Shown in pieces: positions 53,066 to 64,000 of a stretch of 64,000 nt of DNA. This stretch comes from Gaiellaceae bacterium (lineage in GTDB: Bacteria; Actinomycetota; Thermoleophilia; Gaiellales; Gaiellaceae). Position 1 is the stretch's first letter. Each line of letters starts with the position of its first letter. Below the pieces are notes generated by a model. It saw only the letters and a list, made by a program, of their open reading frames with translations. It did no database searches and had not been told where the DNA came from. Where the stretch lies: the NCBI GenBank assembly GCA_035706005.1, contig DASSVO010000038.1, positions 1,192 through 65,191 of the forward strand. The letters are read 5' to 3'. The position numbers and the translations under genes are program-made.

Positions 53066-53316
53066 CAGGTCCAGCGGCCGAGGAAGCGGGCGAACACGAG
53101 GCAGCCGATCCAGGACGTGACCGCGGCGATGATCGGCACCGTGAAGAACGTCGACTGACCGAGGCCCACGGAGAGACAGAGCAGGATCAACGTGGCGATT
53201 GCCCCGACTGCCTCCAGCGCGACGAGCCCGTCGATGGGGGGGCGCACCGAAGCGACGACCAGAAGCGGCGCAAGCGCGGCGATCAGGACCGTTGCTGCGA
53301 CGAGGAACGCATTCAC
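53065..53316 (-). CDS. MrpF/MnhF subunit
   Basis: 83 aa with a GTG start and three TM segments: RPPIDGLVALEAVGAIATLILL. Confidence 0.7.
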   Translation of the reverse strand: MNAFLVAATVLIAALAPLLVVASVRPPIDGLVALEAVGAIATLILLCLSVGLGQSTFFTVPIIAAVTSWIGCLVFARFLGRWT

Positions 53317-53780
53317 GCGGGACGCTCCGAGCTGCGGTTCGGGACGAGATCGTGGAGGAGAACGGTGCCTGTCTCGGGATCGACGTCGATCGGATACGCA
53401 TTCGGGCTGTAGCAGGCGAGGAGAACCCTCAGCGCGCGGGGCCCGACGCCGCAGGCGGCGGCCACTCCGCCCTCCAGCTCCCGCGACACGAGGCGGCCCC
53501 GGACGACGCGACGGCGGGCGGCGCTCGTGACCAGCGCCCACGCGACGATGCCGAAGTCCGCCACGACCATGCCGAAGGCCTGAGGCAGATCGGCGAGCCC
53601 GCGAAGCGGCACGCGCGCATGGAAACCGGTTCGCGTGCGCGCGTACTCGGCGAGGCTCGCGGCGATCGTCGACGCGACCGCAGCAGCCACCAGCTCCTGC
53701 ACATTCCACTCGCCGACGAGCAGGAACCAGAGCCAGAAGAGGGTGAGCCACCACGCGACCCAGGCGACGACGTGCTTCAC
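53313..53780 (-). CDS. MrpE/MnhE subunit
   Basis: 155 aa with a GTG start: VAWWLTLFWLWFLLVGEWNVQELV. Confidence 0.65.
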   Translation of the reverse strand: MKHVVAWVAWWLTLFWLWFLLVGEWNVQELVAAAVASTIAASLAEYARTRTGFHARVPLRGLADLPQAFGMVVADFGIVAWALVTSAARRRVVRGRLVSRELEGGVAAACGVGPRALRVLLACYSPNAYPIDVDPETGTVLLHDLVPNRSSERPA

Positions 53781-53887
53781 GCCGCGCGTATCCCCGCCTG
53801 GCGACAGCGCCAATCGTTCCACGCAGAACGAGGGCCCGCCGTCCGGGCGGGCCCTCGTCTCTCGGGCGAGGCGATGTGGCTGCTGTG

Positions 53888-54655
53888 TTACTGGCCCTGC
53901 TTGATCCCAGGCTCCGCCCACGGAAGCTCGACTGCCTCGAGCGGTTGCCTGCCCGGGACGTTCGCCGCCTTCTTGTACTCGAACAGCGGCAGGATGGTGC
54001 GCTTCGTGACCGAGGTGAGGCATAGCGCCGTCACCACGTAGGCCGCGAGGCCTGCCGAGATTACGAACAGGACTCCCCCGGCGCCGAGCCAGCCACTGCC
54101 GATTCCGCCCATGAACCAGCCGGCGCACGAGAGGGCCGAGCCGGCCGCGAGCGTCCACAGCACTGCCGAGACGGCGAGATTGTGGCCCATCGCGGCCACT
54201 GCCGGGATGAACGTGATGTAGGCGAGACCGAAGAACCACAGCCCGAGAGCCGTGTTCGACACGCCGGGTGCGGGCGCCGGCAGCTTGCCGACGAGGATGA
54301 AGATGTTCAGGAGCCCGAAGGCGATCCAGAACGCTCCCCACGCACCGTGTGCGAGCGTCGCGACGACGTCGCGTGCCTTGTAGGACCACATTCCGGCGGC
54401 GAACTGCGCGATGCCGCCGAAGGTCAAGGCGAACAAGGCGATGACGGGCATGTCGGACCATGCCCCCCACCATCCGGCCTGAATGACTGCCACCATGAAC
54501 GTCGCCACCGAGAAACCCGCGAGGCCGAGCGCGGACGGTGCCGCAATCGGCTGGAGGAACACGCGCGGGCGGGCGAAGCCGTCGCGCCACGCCTCCTCCT
54601 CGCGGAGCGCGACGCCGGCAGAAGCGTGTTGTCTGCGCTCGTCGATCGTGCTCAT
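53888..54655 (-). CDS. Divergent GPR1/FUN34/YaaH-family channel (second paralogue)
   Basis: ATG 54655 was placed by codon count. Contains APSALGLAGFSVATF and FGGIAQFAAGMW with six TM segments. It has a C-terminal extension absent from the 35499 paralogue. Confidence 0.7.
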   Translation of the reverse strand: MSTIDERRQHASAGVALREEEAWRDGFARPRVFLQPIAAPSALGLAGFSVATFMVAVIQAGWWGAWSDMPVIALFALTFGGIAQFAAGMWSYKARDVVATLAHGAWGAFWIAFGLLNIFILVGKLPAPAPGVSNTALGLWFFGLAYITFIPAVAAMGHNLAVSAVLWTLAAGSALSCAGWFMGGIGSGWLGAGGVLFVISAGLAAYVVTALCLTSVTKRTILPLFEYKKAANVPGRQPLEAVELPWAEPGIKQGQ

Positions 54656-54758
54656 AAAGCAACGACCCCTTTCTGCGTCGTGTCCTTTAGTTCGTATTGC
54701 GTTGCTCCTTTCGCCTGCCCGCTTGCGGCGGGGGAAAACCTCAAGAATCCCCGCGACT

Positions 54759-54772
54759 GCGATGTACATCGC
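54759..54772. promoter_or_regulatory. Perfect 14-bp palindrome GCGATGTACATCGC
   Basis: Lies in the 159-bp divergent region between the channel/mrp operon and the fdh operon. Confidence 0.35.
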
Positions 54773-54814
54773 ACCCCGTTTACACGCTCGCGTGGATCGG
54801 AAGAAACAACAGCA

Positions 54815-57800
54815 ATGGCGCTCGCGAAGCTCCTCGACTCGTGGCCTGCGCTGCGGCAGCTGCGGGAGGGCGATCCCCTCGGCCTGGGCAAGTCGGTGCA
54901 ATCGCCGCGCTCCCAGCGCCTCGTGCCGCGCCTCGACGAGGCCGAGCACGTCGTCCACTCGATCTGTCCCTACTGCGCGGTCGGCTGCGGCCAGCTCGTC
55001 TACGTCAAGGACGGCGACGTCACCCACATCGAGGGCGATGCGGCGAGCCCGATCTCACGTGGCCGGCTCTGCCCGAAGGGACAGGCGTCGAAGAGCTTCG
55101 TCCAGAGCCCGCTGCGCGAGTACAAGGTCAAGTACCGGCGGCCCTACGGCACCGCGTGGGAGGAGCTGTCGCTCGACGACGCGATGGACATGATCGCCGA
55201 GCGGATCGTCAGGACGCGCGCCGACACGTGGCGCAAGCGGACGGAGGGCGGCGCACCCGCGAACCGCACGATGGCCATCGGCAATCTCGGCGGCGCGACG
55301 CTCGACAACGAGGAGAACTACCTCATCAAGAAGCTGATGACGGCGCTCGGCATCGTGCAGGTCGAGAACCAGGCCCGCATATGACACAGCTCCACGGTGC
55401 CCAGTCTGGGCACCTCGTTCGGACGAGGCGGCGCGACGACCTTCCAGCAGGACCTGCAGAACGCGGACTGCATCGTGATCATGGGCTCGAACATGGCCGA
55501 GAACCACCCGGTCGGATTCCAGTGGGTGATGGAGGCCAGGGAGCGCGGCGCGAAGGTGATCCACGTCGATCCGCGCTTCACGCGCACGAGCGCGATGGCG
55601 ACGAAGCACGTCGGCATCCGCGCCGGTAGCGACATCGCCTTCCTCGGCGGCATCGCCAACTACCTCCTGCAGAACGACCTCTACTTCCGGGAGTACGTCG
55701 AGAAGTACACGAACGCGCCCGTCATCATCGACGAGCGCTTCGTCGGCCCCGAGGATGCGGACGGACTGTTCTCGGGCTGGGATCCGGAGTCCGGGCGCTA
55801 CGACATCGAGTCGTGGCGCTACGAAGGGATGGAGGTTCACGGTGCAGCCGGACAGCGCGGCGAAGGCTTCGAGCCGAGCGGCGAGCAGTCCGGCCACGGG
55901 GCCGCCGGCGGCGGGCTGCATCACGGCGAGCCGCCGGCCGAGGATCCCGAGCTCAACCATCCGCGCTGCGTCTTCCAGATCCTGAAGCGCCACTACCAGC
56001 GCTACACGCCCGAGTTCGTGGCCGAGACCTGCGGCTGCTCGGTGGAGGACTTCGTCGAGGTCTGCGAGACCCTGGCGGCGAACTCCGGCAGGGAGCGGAC
56101 GAGCGCCTTCTGCTACGCGGTCGGCTGGACGCAGCACACCGTCGGCGTGCAGATGATCCGCTCGGCCGCCGTCGTGCAGCAGCTGCTCGGCAACATCGGC
56201 CGTCCCGGCGGCGGGATCATGGCGCTCCGCGGCCACGCGTCGATCCAGGGCTCGACCGACATCCCGACGCTGTTCAACATCCTGCCCGGCTATCTGCCGA
56301 TGCCGCACACGCTGAGCTACCACACCCTCGACAACTTCGTCGACTCGAACACGTCGCCGACGGGCTGGTGGGGGAAGTTCGAGTCGTACTGGGTCAGCCT
56401 GATGAAGGCCTACTTCGGCGAGCACGCGACCGCCGAGAACGACTGGCTGTTTGACCACATGCCGCGCGTCGACAGCGACAACTCCGCCTACTTCACCGTC
56501 CAGCAGATGCTCGAGGGAAACGTGAAGGGCTACATCATCGCCGGCGAGAACCCGGCCGTCGGCCACGCGAACGGCAGGGCCCACCGGCTCGGGCTCGCGA
56601 AGCTCGACTGGCTCGTCGTGCGCGACGTCGTCGAGATCGAGTCGGCGTCCTTCTGGTACGACAGCCCCGAGGTCGAGTCGGGCGAGCTGAAGCCCGAGGA
56701 GATCCCGACCGAGATCTTCTTCCTCCCGGCCGCCGCGCACACGGAGAAGGACGGCTCCTTCACGAACACGCAACGCCTGCTGCAGTGGCACTGGCAGGCG
56801 GTCGAGCCGAAGGAGGACTGCCGTTCGGAGCTCTGGTTCTACTTCCACCTCGGCCGCCGGATCAAGCAGAGGCTCGAGGACTCCGAGGAGGAGCGCGACA
56901 CGCTCATCAAGGCCCTGCGGTGGGAGTACCCGACCCACTCGGCGATCCAGGAGCCCGACGCCGAGGCCGTCCTCCAGGAGGTCAACGGCTGGGAGATCGA
57001 GAGCGGCAAGTTCCTCAGCGGGTATCCGGAGTTGAAGGACGACGGCTCCACCCTGTGCGGCTGCTGGATCTACTGCGGCTGCTTCAAGGACGGGATCAAC
57101 CAGACGGCGCGCAAGAAGCCGCACTGGGAGCAGGAGAGCTACGTCGCGCCCGAGTGGGCCTGGGCCTGGCCGGCCAACAGGCGGCTGATCTACAACCGCG
57201 CCTCGGCGGATCCCGACGGGAACCCGTGGTCGGAGCGGAAGCGCTACGTGTGGTGGGACGAGAGCGAGGGCAAGTGGACCGGCCTCGACGTCCCGGACTT
57301 CAAGGAGGACAAGGAGCCGCACTACGTGCCGCCCGACGACGCGAAGGCCGAGGACGCGATCGCCGGCGCTCACCCGTTCGTCATGCAGGCGGACGGCCGC
57401 TCGTGGCTGTACGTCCCGCAGGGTCTCGAGGACGGACCGCTCCCGACGCACTACGAGCCGCACGAGTCGCCGTTCGACAACCCGCTGTACTCGCAGCGGG
57501 CGAACCCGCGCCGCCAGCAGAACAAGGACCTCGCCGAGGATCCGTACAACCCGGTCGCCGACGAGCCGGGCGCCGAGGTCTATCCGTACGTCGTGACCAC
57601 CTACCGCTTGACCGAGCACCACACCGCCGGCGGAATGACGCGCTCCGTCCCCTACCTCGCGGAGCTCCAGCCGGCGATGTTCTGCGAGGTGCATCCCGAC
57701 CTCGCGCGGGAGGTCGGGCTCGAGCACGGCGGCTGGGCGACGATCTACACGTCCCGGTCGGCGATCGAGGCGCGCGTGCTCGTCACCGAGCGCATGCGGC

Positions 57801-58087
57801 CCCTCCGCAGGAAGGACGGCCGCAGCGTCCACCAGGTGGGGCTGCCGTACCACTGGGGCAAGCGCGGCCTCGTCACCGGCGACTCCGCAAACGACCTCGC
57901 GCACATGGCGCTCGACCCGAACGTCCACATCCAGGAGGTCAAGGCGTTCACCTGCGGGATCCGGCCGGGCCGCCGGCCGCGCGGCCCGGAGCTGCCCCGC
58001 TTCGTCGCCGAGCTGCGCGACCAGGCGCATTCGCGCCGCGAGCAGGAGCCTCGCGTCGAGCCCGAGGAAGTGAGGAAAACGACGTGA
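54815..58087 (+). CDS. Formate dehydrogenase alpha subunit (FdnG/FdoG-type), selenocysteine at 55382-55384
   Basis: Track ORFs 54182..55384 and 55397..58087 share one frame. The junction reads VENQARI-U-HSSTVPSLGTSFGRGG, compared with QARVUHGPTV in E. coli FdnG. The N-terminal 4Fe-4S motif is CPYCAVGCG. The ATG at 54815 is in frame, and there is no RRxF Tat motif. Confidence 0.9.
55396..55414 (+). promoter_or_regulatory. SECIS-like hairpin of the fdh alpha gene
   Basis: GGTGCCC-AGTCT-GGGCACC forms a perfect 7-bp stem. The loop lies 19-23 nt after the UGA. The GUCU-containing loop recalls the E. coli fdhF SECIS. Confidence 0.55.
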
Positions 58088-58989
58088 ACGGTCCTCTCGG
58101 GAGCCTGATGGAGCCCACCGGCATCCCCGCCGGTTGGGAGGCATACGGGGACGAGAAGAAGGAGCGCGTCGGCTTCTTCACCGACACCTCCGTCTGCATC
58201 GGCTGCAAGGCGTGCGAGGTCGCCTGCAAGGAGTGGAACCTCATCCCGGAGGACGGCCGCGCCTGGACCGGCGAGTCGTACGACCACACCTCGCAGCTCG
58301 ACGCGAACTCGTGGCGCCACGTCGCGTTCATCGAGCAGGAGAAGCCGCTCTTCAACAATGGCGACGGCAGCACGGGACTTCGCTGGCTCATGGAATCGGA
58401 CGTCTGCAAGCACTGCACTCACGCCGCGTGTCTCGACGTCTGTCCGACCGGCTCCCTCCTCCGCACCGAGTTCGGCACCGTCGTCGTCCAGCAGGACATC
58501 TGCAACGGCTGCGGCTACTGCGTCCCTGCCTGTCCCTTCGGCGTCCTCGACAAGCGGCACCTGCCGGCCACGACCGACCCGCCGCCGGCGTTCCTCGGCC
58601 GCAAGGAGGACGGCCGCGTCTGGAAGTGCACGCTCTGCTACGACCGTCTGAAGGGTGGCCACGAGCCGGCCTGCGCCAAGGCGTGCCCGACGAAGTCGAT
58701 CCAGTTCGGCCCGCTCGAGGAGCTCCGCGAGCGCGCCGACGCGCGGCTGGCGAAGCTCGAGGCCGAGAACTGGAACGGCGCGCAGCTGTATGGCCGCGAC
58801 CCGGACGACGGCGTGGGAGGCTTCGGCGCCTTCTTCCTCCTGCTCGACGATCCCGAGGTCTACGGGCTGCCGCCGGATCCGGTCGTGACGACGCGCGACC
58901 TGCCGGAGATGTGGACGAACATGCTCGCCGCGGCGGGCGCCCTGCTCGCGGGCGTGACGGCCCTGACGCTCCTCGGAGGCCGGAGATGA
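58084..58989 (+). CDS. Formate dehydrogenase beta subunit (FdnH-like 4x[4Fe-4S], C-terminal TM anchor)
   Basis: GTG 58084 forms a GTGA overlap, and an alternative ATG lies at 58108. Contains CIGCKACEVACKEWN, CKHCTHAACLDVCP and CNGCGYCVPACP, with a hydrophobic tail. Confidence 0.9.
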   Translation: MNGPLGSLMEPTGIPAGWEAYGDEKKERVGFFTDTSVCIGCKACEVACKEWNLIPEDGRAWTGESYDHTSQLDANSWRHVAFIEQEKPLFNNGDGSTGLRWLMESDVCKHCTHAACLDVCPTGSLLRTEFGTVVVQQDICNGCGYCVPACPFGVLDKRHLPATTDPPPAFLGRKEDGRVWKCTLCYDRLKGGHEPACAKACPTKSIQFGPLEELRERADARLAKLEAENWNGAQLYGRDPDDGVGGFGAFFLLLDDPEVYGLPPDPVVTTRDLPEMWTNMLAAAGALLAGVTALTLLGGRR

Positions 58990-59972
58990 CGGAGGCGTTC
59001 CGGCTCGACGGAAAGCCTTCGATCACCGCGGCCGGCAACGACATGCGCTCGTACTACGGGCGTCCGGTGATCAAGGAGCCGGTCTGGACGTGGGAGATCC
59101 CCACCTACTTCTTCACCGGCGGCCTCGCCGGCGCCTCCGCGGTGCTGAGCTCGGCGGCGAGGCTGACGGGGAACGAGAAGCTGGCGCGGACGGCGCTCTA
59201 CGTCGGCGCCGCCGCAGATCTCGTCTCCCCTGCACTCCTCGTCTCGGACCTCGGACGGCCCGAGCGCTTCCACCACATGCTCCGCGTCGTCAAGGTCACG
59301 TCGCCGATGAACCTCGGCTCCTGGGTCCTGCTCGTAAGCGGAGGAGCCTCGACGACCGCGGCGCTGCTCCAGCTCCTCGGCCGCTGGAAGCCGGTGCGGA
59401 TCGCGGCGTCGATCGTCGCCGCGCTGGCGGGTCCGCCACTCGCGACGTACACCGGCGTCCTCATTGCGGATACGGCCGTGCCGGTGTGGCACGACGGGCG
59501 CCACGAGCTGCCGTGGATCTTCGGCGCGAGCGCGGCTGCCAGCTCCGGGGCCGCCGCGTGCGTGTTCGTGCCCCCCGAGGACGCCGGCCCCGCCCGGCGG
59601 GTCGCGATCGCCGGTGTTCTCGCCGAAGGCGCGCTCATGCAGTTGATGGAGCTCCGGCTGGGAACGGTCGGCGAGGTCTACCACCAGGGGCCGGCCGGGA
59701 AGCTCTCCTGGGCGGCGAAGGGGCTCGCGGCCACGGGCGCCGCGGTGCTCGCGAAACGCGGCCGGAAGAGCCGCGGTGCCGCAGTCCTCGGCGGAGCGCT
59801 CGTCTGCGCCGGCGAGCTGTGCCTCCGCTGGTCCGTGTTCAAGGCGGGCTTCCAGTCGGCGCGCGATCCGAAGTACGTCGTCGAGTCGCAGCGGCGACGC
59901 GTCGAGCAGCAGGGGACGAAGGCGACGACGAAGCCCGGCGAGAGCCCGGGCTCCGCGAGCCGCGGCGCATGA
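58986..59972 (+). CDS. NrfD/PsrC-family integral membrane subunit
   Basis: ATG 58986 forms an ATGA overlap. Contains YYGRPVIKEPVWTWEIPTYFFTGGLAG and multiple TM segments. Confidence 0.85.
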   Translation: MTEAFRLDGKPSITAAGNDMRSYYGRPVIKEPVWTWEIPTYFFTGGLAGASAVLSSAARLTGNEKLARTALYVGAAADLVSPALLVSDLGRPERFHHMLRVVKVTSPMNLGSWVLLVSGGASTTAALLQLLGRWKPVRIAASIVAALAGPPLATYTGVLIADTAVPVWHDGRHELPWIFGASAAASSGAAACVFVPPEDAGPARRVAIAGVLAEGALMQLMELRLGTVGEVYHQGPAGKLSWAAKGLAATGAAVLAKRGRKSRGAAVLGGALVCAGELCLRWSVFKAGFQSARDPKYVVESQRRRVEQQGTKATTKPGESPGSASRGA

Positions 59973-59978
59973 GGGCGC

Positions 59979-60335
59979 TCAGCCGCCGCTGACGGTGTCG
60001 AGGTCGGGCACCTGCCCGCTCTCCGGGTGCGGCTGCGTGTACGCCTCGCGGCCGGGCGGGTCGCCGCTCTCCTCGCGGGGCGAGTGCGGCACCTCGTGTT
60101 CGTCGGCTGGCTGGACACGGAGGAGCTGCTCCGCCACCTCGTCGATGTTGTCGTAGCGCCGCTCGGGCAGCCGCTGGAGCAGCGCCAGCTGCTCTCCGCT
60201 CGCCCCCTCCCGCAGGGCGTACTTCAGGAGGGCGGAGCGCTCGTTGGGAAGGGCCACGCCCTCCAGTAGCGTCTGAAGCTCGGCGACGGTCGCGAAGTCC
60301 ACGAGGATTCGGTGCCTCGTTTGGCGCCGCAGCAA
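59979..60335 (-). CDS. DUF2795 domain protein
   Basis: LLEGVALPNERSALLKYALREGASGEQLALLQRLPERRYDNIDEV. GTG 60302 is an alternative start. Confidence 0.65.
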   Translation of the reverse strand: MLRRQTRHRILVDFATVAELQTLLEGVALPNERSALLKYALREGASGEQLALLQRLPERRYDNIDEVAEQLLRVQPADEHEVPHSPREESGDPPGREAYTQPHPESGQVPDLDTVSGG

Positions 60336-60352
60336 ACAGGTACTCGGGCTGG

Positions 60353-61303
60353 ATGGAGCTCGGCTTCGCCCTCTCCTCGGAAGACCACCCGCCGAACGAG
60401 CTCGTCCGCCAGGCGCAGAGCGCAGAGCGGGCCGGCTTCACGTTCGCGCTCATCTCCGACCACTTCCATCCCTGGGTCGGCGAGCAGGGCCACAGCCCGT
60501 TCGTCTGGTCGACGCTTGGCGGCATCGCGCAGGCGACCGAGAAGATCCGCGTCGGTACCGGTGTGACCTGCCCGCTCATCCGCATCCATCCGGCAATCGT
60601 GGCGCAGGCAGCCGCGACGGTCGCCTGCATGATGCCCGGCCGCTTCTTTCTCGGAGTCGGCACGGGCGAGAACCTCAACGAGCACGTGACGGGAGCGCGC
60701 TGGCCGCTGCCATGGGAGCGGCTCGAGATGCTCGAGGAGGCGGTCGAGGTCATCCGCCCGCTCTGGACCGGCGAGGAGATCACGCATCGCGGCGAGCACT
60801 ACACCGTGGAGGAGGCCCGCCTCTACACGGTTCCCGACGAGCGGCTCGAGATCTACGTCGCCGCTGCCAAGCCGCAGGCCGCGGAGGTCGCCGGGCGGAT
60901 CGGTGACGGGTTCATCTCGACCGCGCCCGACGAGGAGCTCGCCGAGACGTTCGAGTCGGCCGGCGGGCGCGGTAAGCCGAAGGTCGGGATGATCCACGTC
61001 GCGTACGACGCGGACGAGGAGGCGGGACACGAGCGCGCACACCGCATGTGGCCGAACCTCGCGCTGGCCGGCCCGGGCGGCCAGGAGCTGCCCGCGCCCC
61101 GCGACTTCGAGGAGTCCGCCGCGAACGTCACGGTCGAGGACGTCGCCTCCTCGACGCCGGCCGGGCCCGACCCGGAGCCGTACCTCGAGCTGATCCGGAA
61201 GTACGAGGAGGCAGGCTTCACGCACGTCTACGTCCATCAGATCGGGGAGAACCAGGAGGAGTTCGCCGAGTTCGCCGCCCGCGAGCTGATCGGCTCTCTC
61301 TAA
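60353..61303 (+). CDS. LLM-class F420-dependent oxidoreductase (G6PDH-family type)
   Basis: 316 aa: [15 protein letters not shown]...[11 protein letters not shown]. Luciferase-like TIM barrel. Confidence 0.8.
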   Translation: MELGFALSSEDHPPNELVRQAQSAERAGFTFALISDHFHPWVGEQGHSPFVWSTLGGIAQATEKIRVGTGVTCPLIRIHPAIVAQAAATVACMMPGRFFLGVGTGENLNEHVTGARWPLPWERLEMLEEAVEVIRPLWTGEEITHRGEHYTVEEARLYTVPDERLEIYVAAAKPQAAEVAGRIGDGFISTAPDEELAETFESAGGRGKPKVGMIHVAYDADEEAGHERAHRMWPNLALAGPGGQELPAPRDFEESAANVTVEDVASSTPAGPDPEPYLELIRKYEEAGFTHVYVHQIGENQEEFAEFAARELIGSL

Positions 61304-61313
61304 GATCGAAGAC

Positions 61314-64000
<2,687 letters not shown>

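Noticed and set aside
55055-58144. 1029-aa minus-strand ORF opposite the formate dehydrogenase alpha gene
   Set aside because: It has low-complexity Arg/Leu/Val/Asp composition. The plus strand encodes a textbook FdnG-type protein across the same interval.

Overview
High-GC (about 70%) chromosomal window. The gene content looks like Actinomycetota (KorAB, PAC2, CtaA, an F420-type LLM oxidoreductase, a SigR/RsrA-like pair), but this lineage call is inference. I call about 70 protein genes. They are densely packed, and many neighbours share 4-nt ATGA/GTGA stop-start overlaps. I found no rRNA, tRNA, CRISPR array, transposase or integrase. Most long Arg/Ala/Pro-rich ORFs in the track are antisense or off-frame shadows of real genes.

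Main observations:
1. Selenium biology. selD is present, and three genes carry an in-frame TGA at a catalytic position, each followed by a hairpin whose loop lies about 20 nt downstream. One is an FdnG-type formate dehydrogenase. The other two are adjacent thiol-disulfide oxidoreductases with U-x-x-C motifs: a beta-propeller/TlpA-like fusion and a PDO/glutaredoxin-like protein. The ORF track splits all three.
2. Two paralogous HTH-XRE + TPR regulators, each next to a tiny signal-peptide-like ORF starting xKAR[LI]. This layout resembles RRNPP peptide signalling.
3. An orphan candidate ncRNA with a near-consensus promoter and an intrinsic terminator.
4. An Mbh-order Mrp module (E-F-G-MbhD-B-C-D, no full MrpA) behind a divergent SatP-like channel gene, facing the formate dehydrogenase operon.

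Smaller items are paired 15-bp palindromes, a 9-bp tandem repeat, a Mug-NUDIX fusion and a lamin-tail-domain surface operon. All family calls come from motif recognition by eye and need database confirmation.
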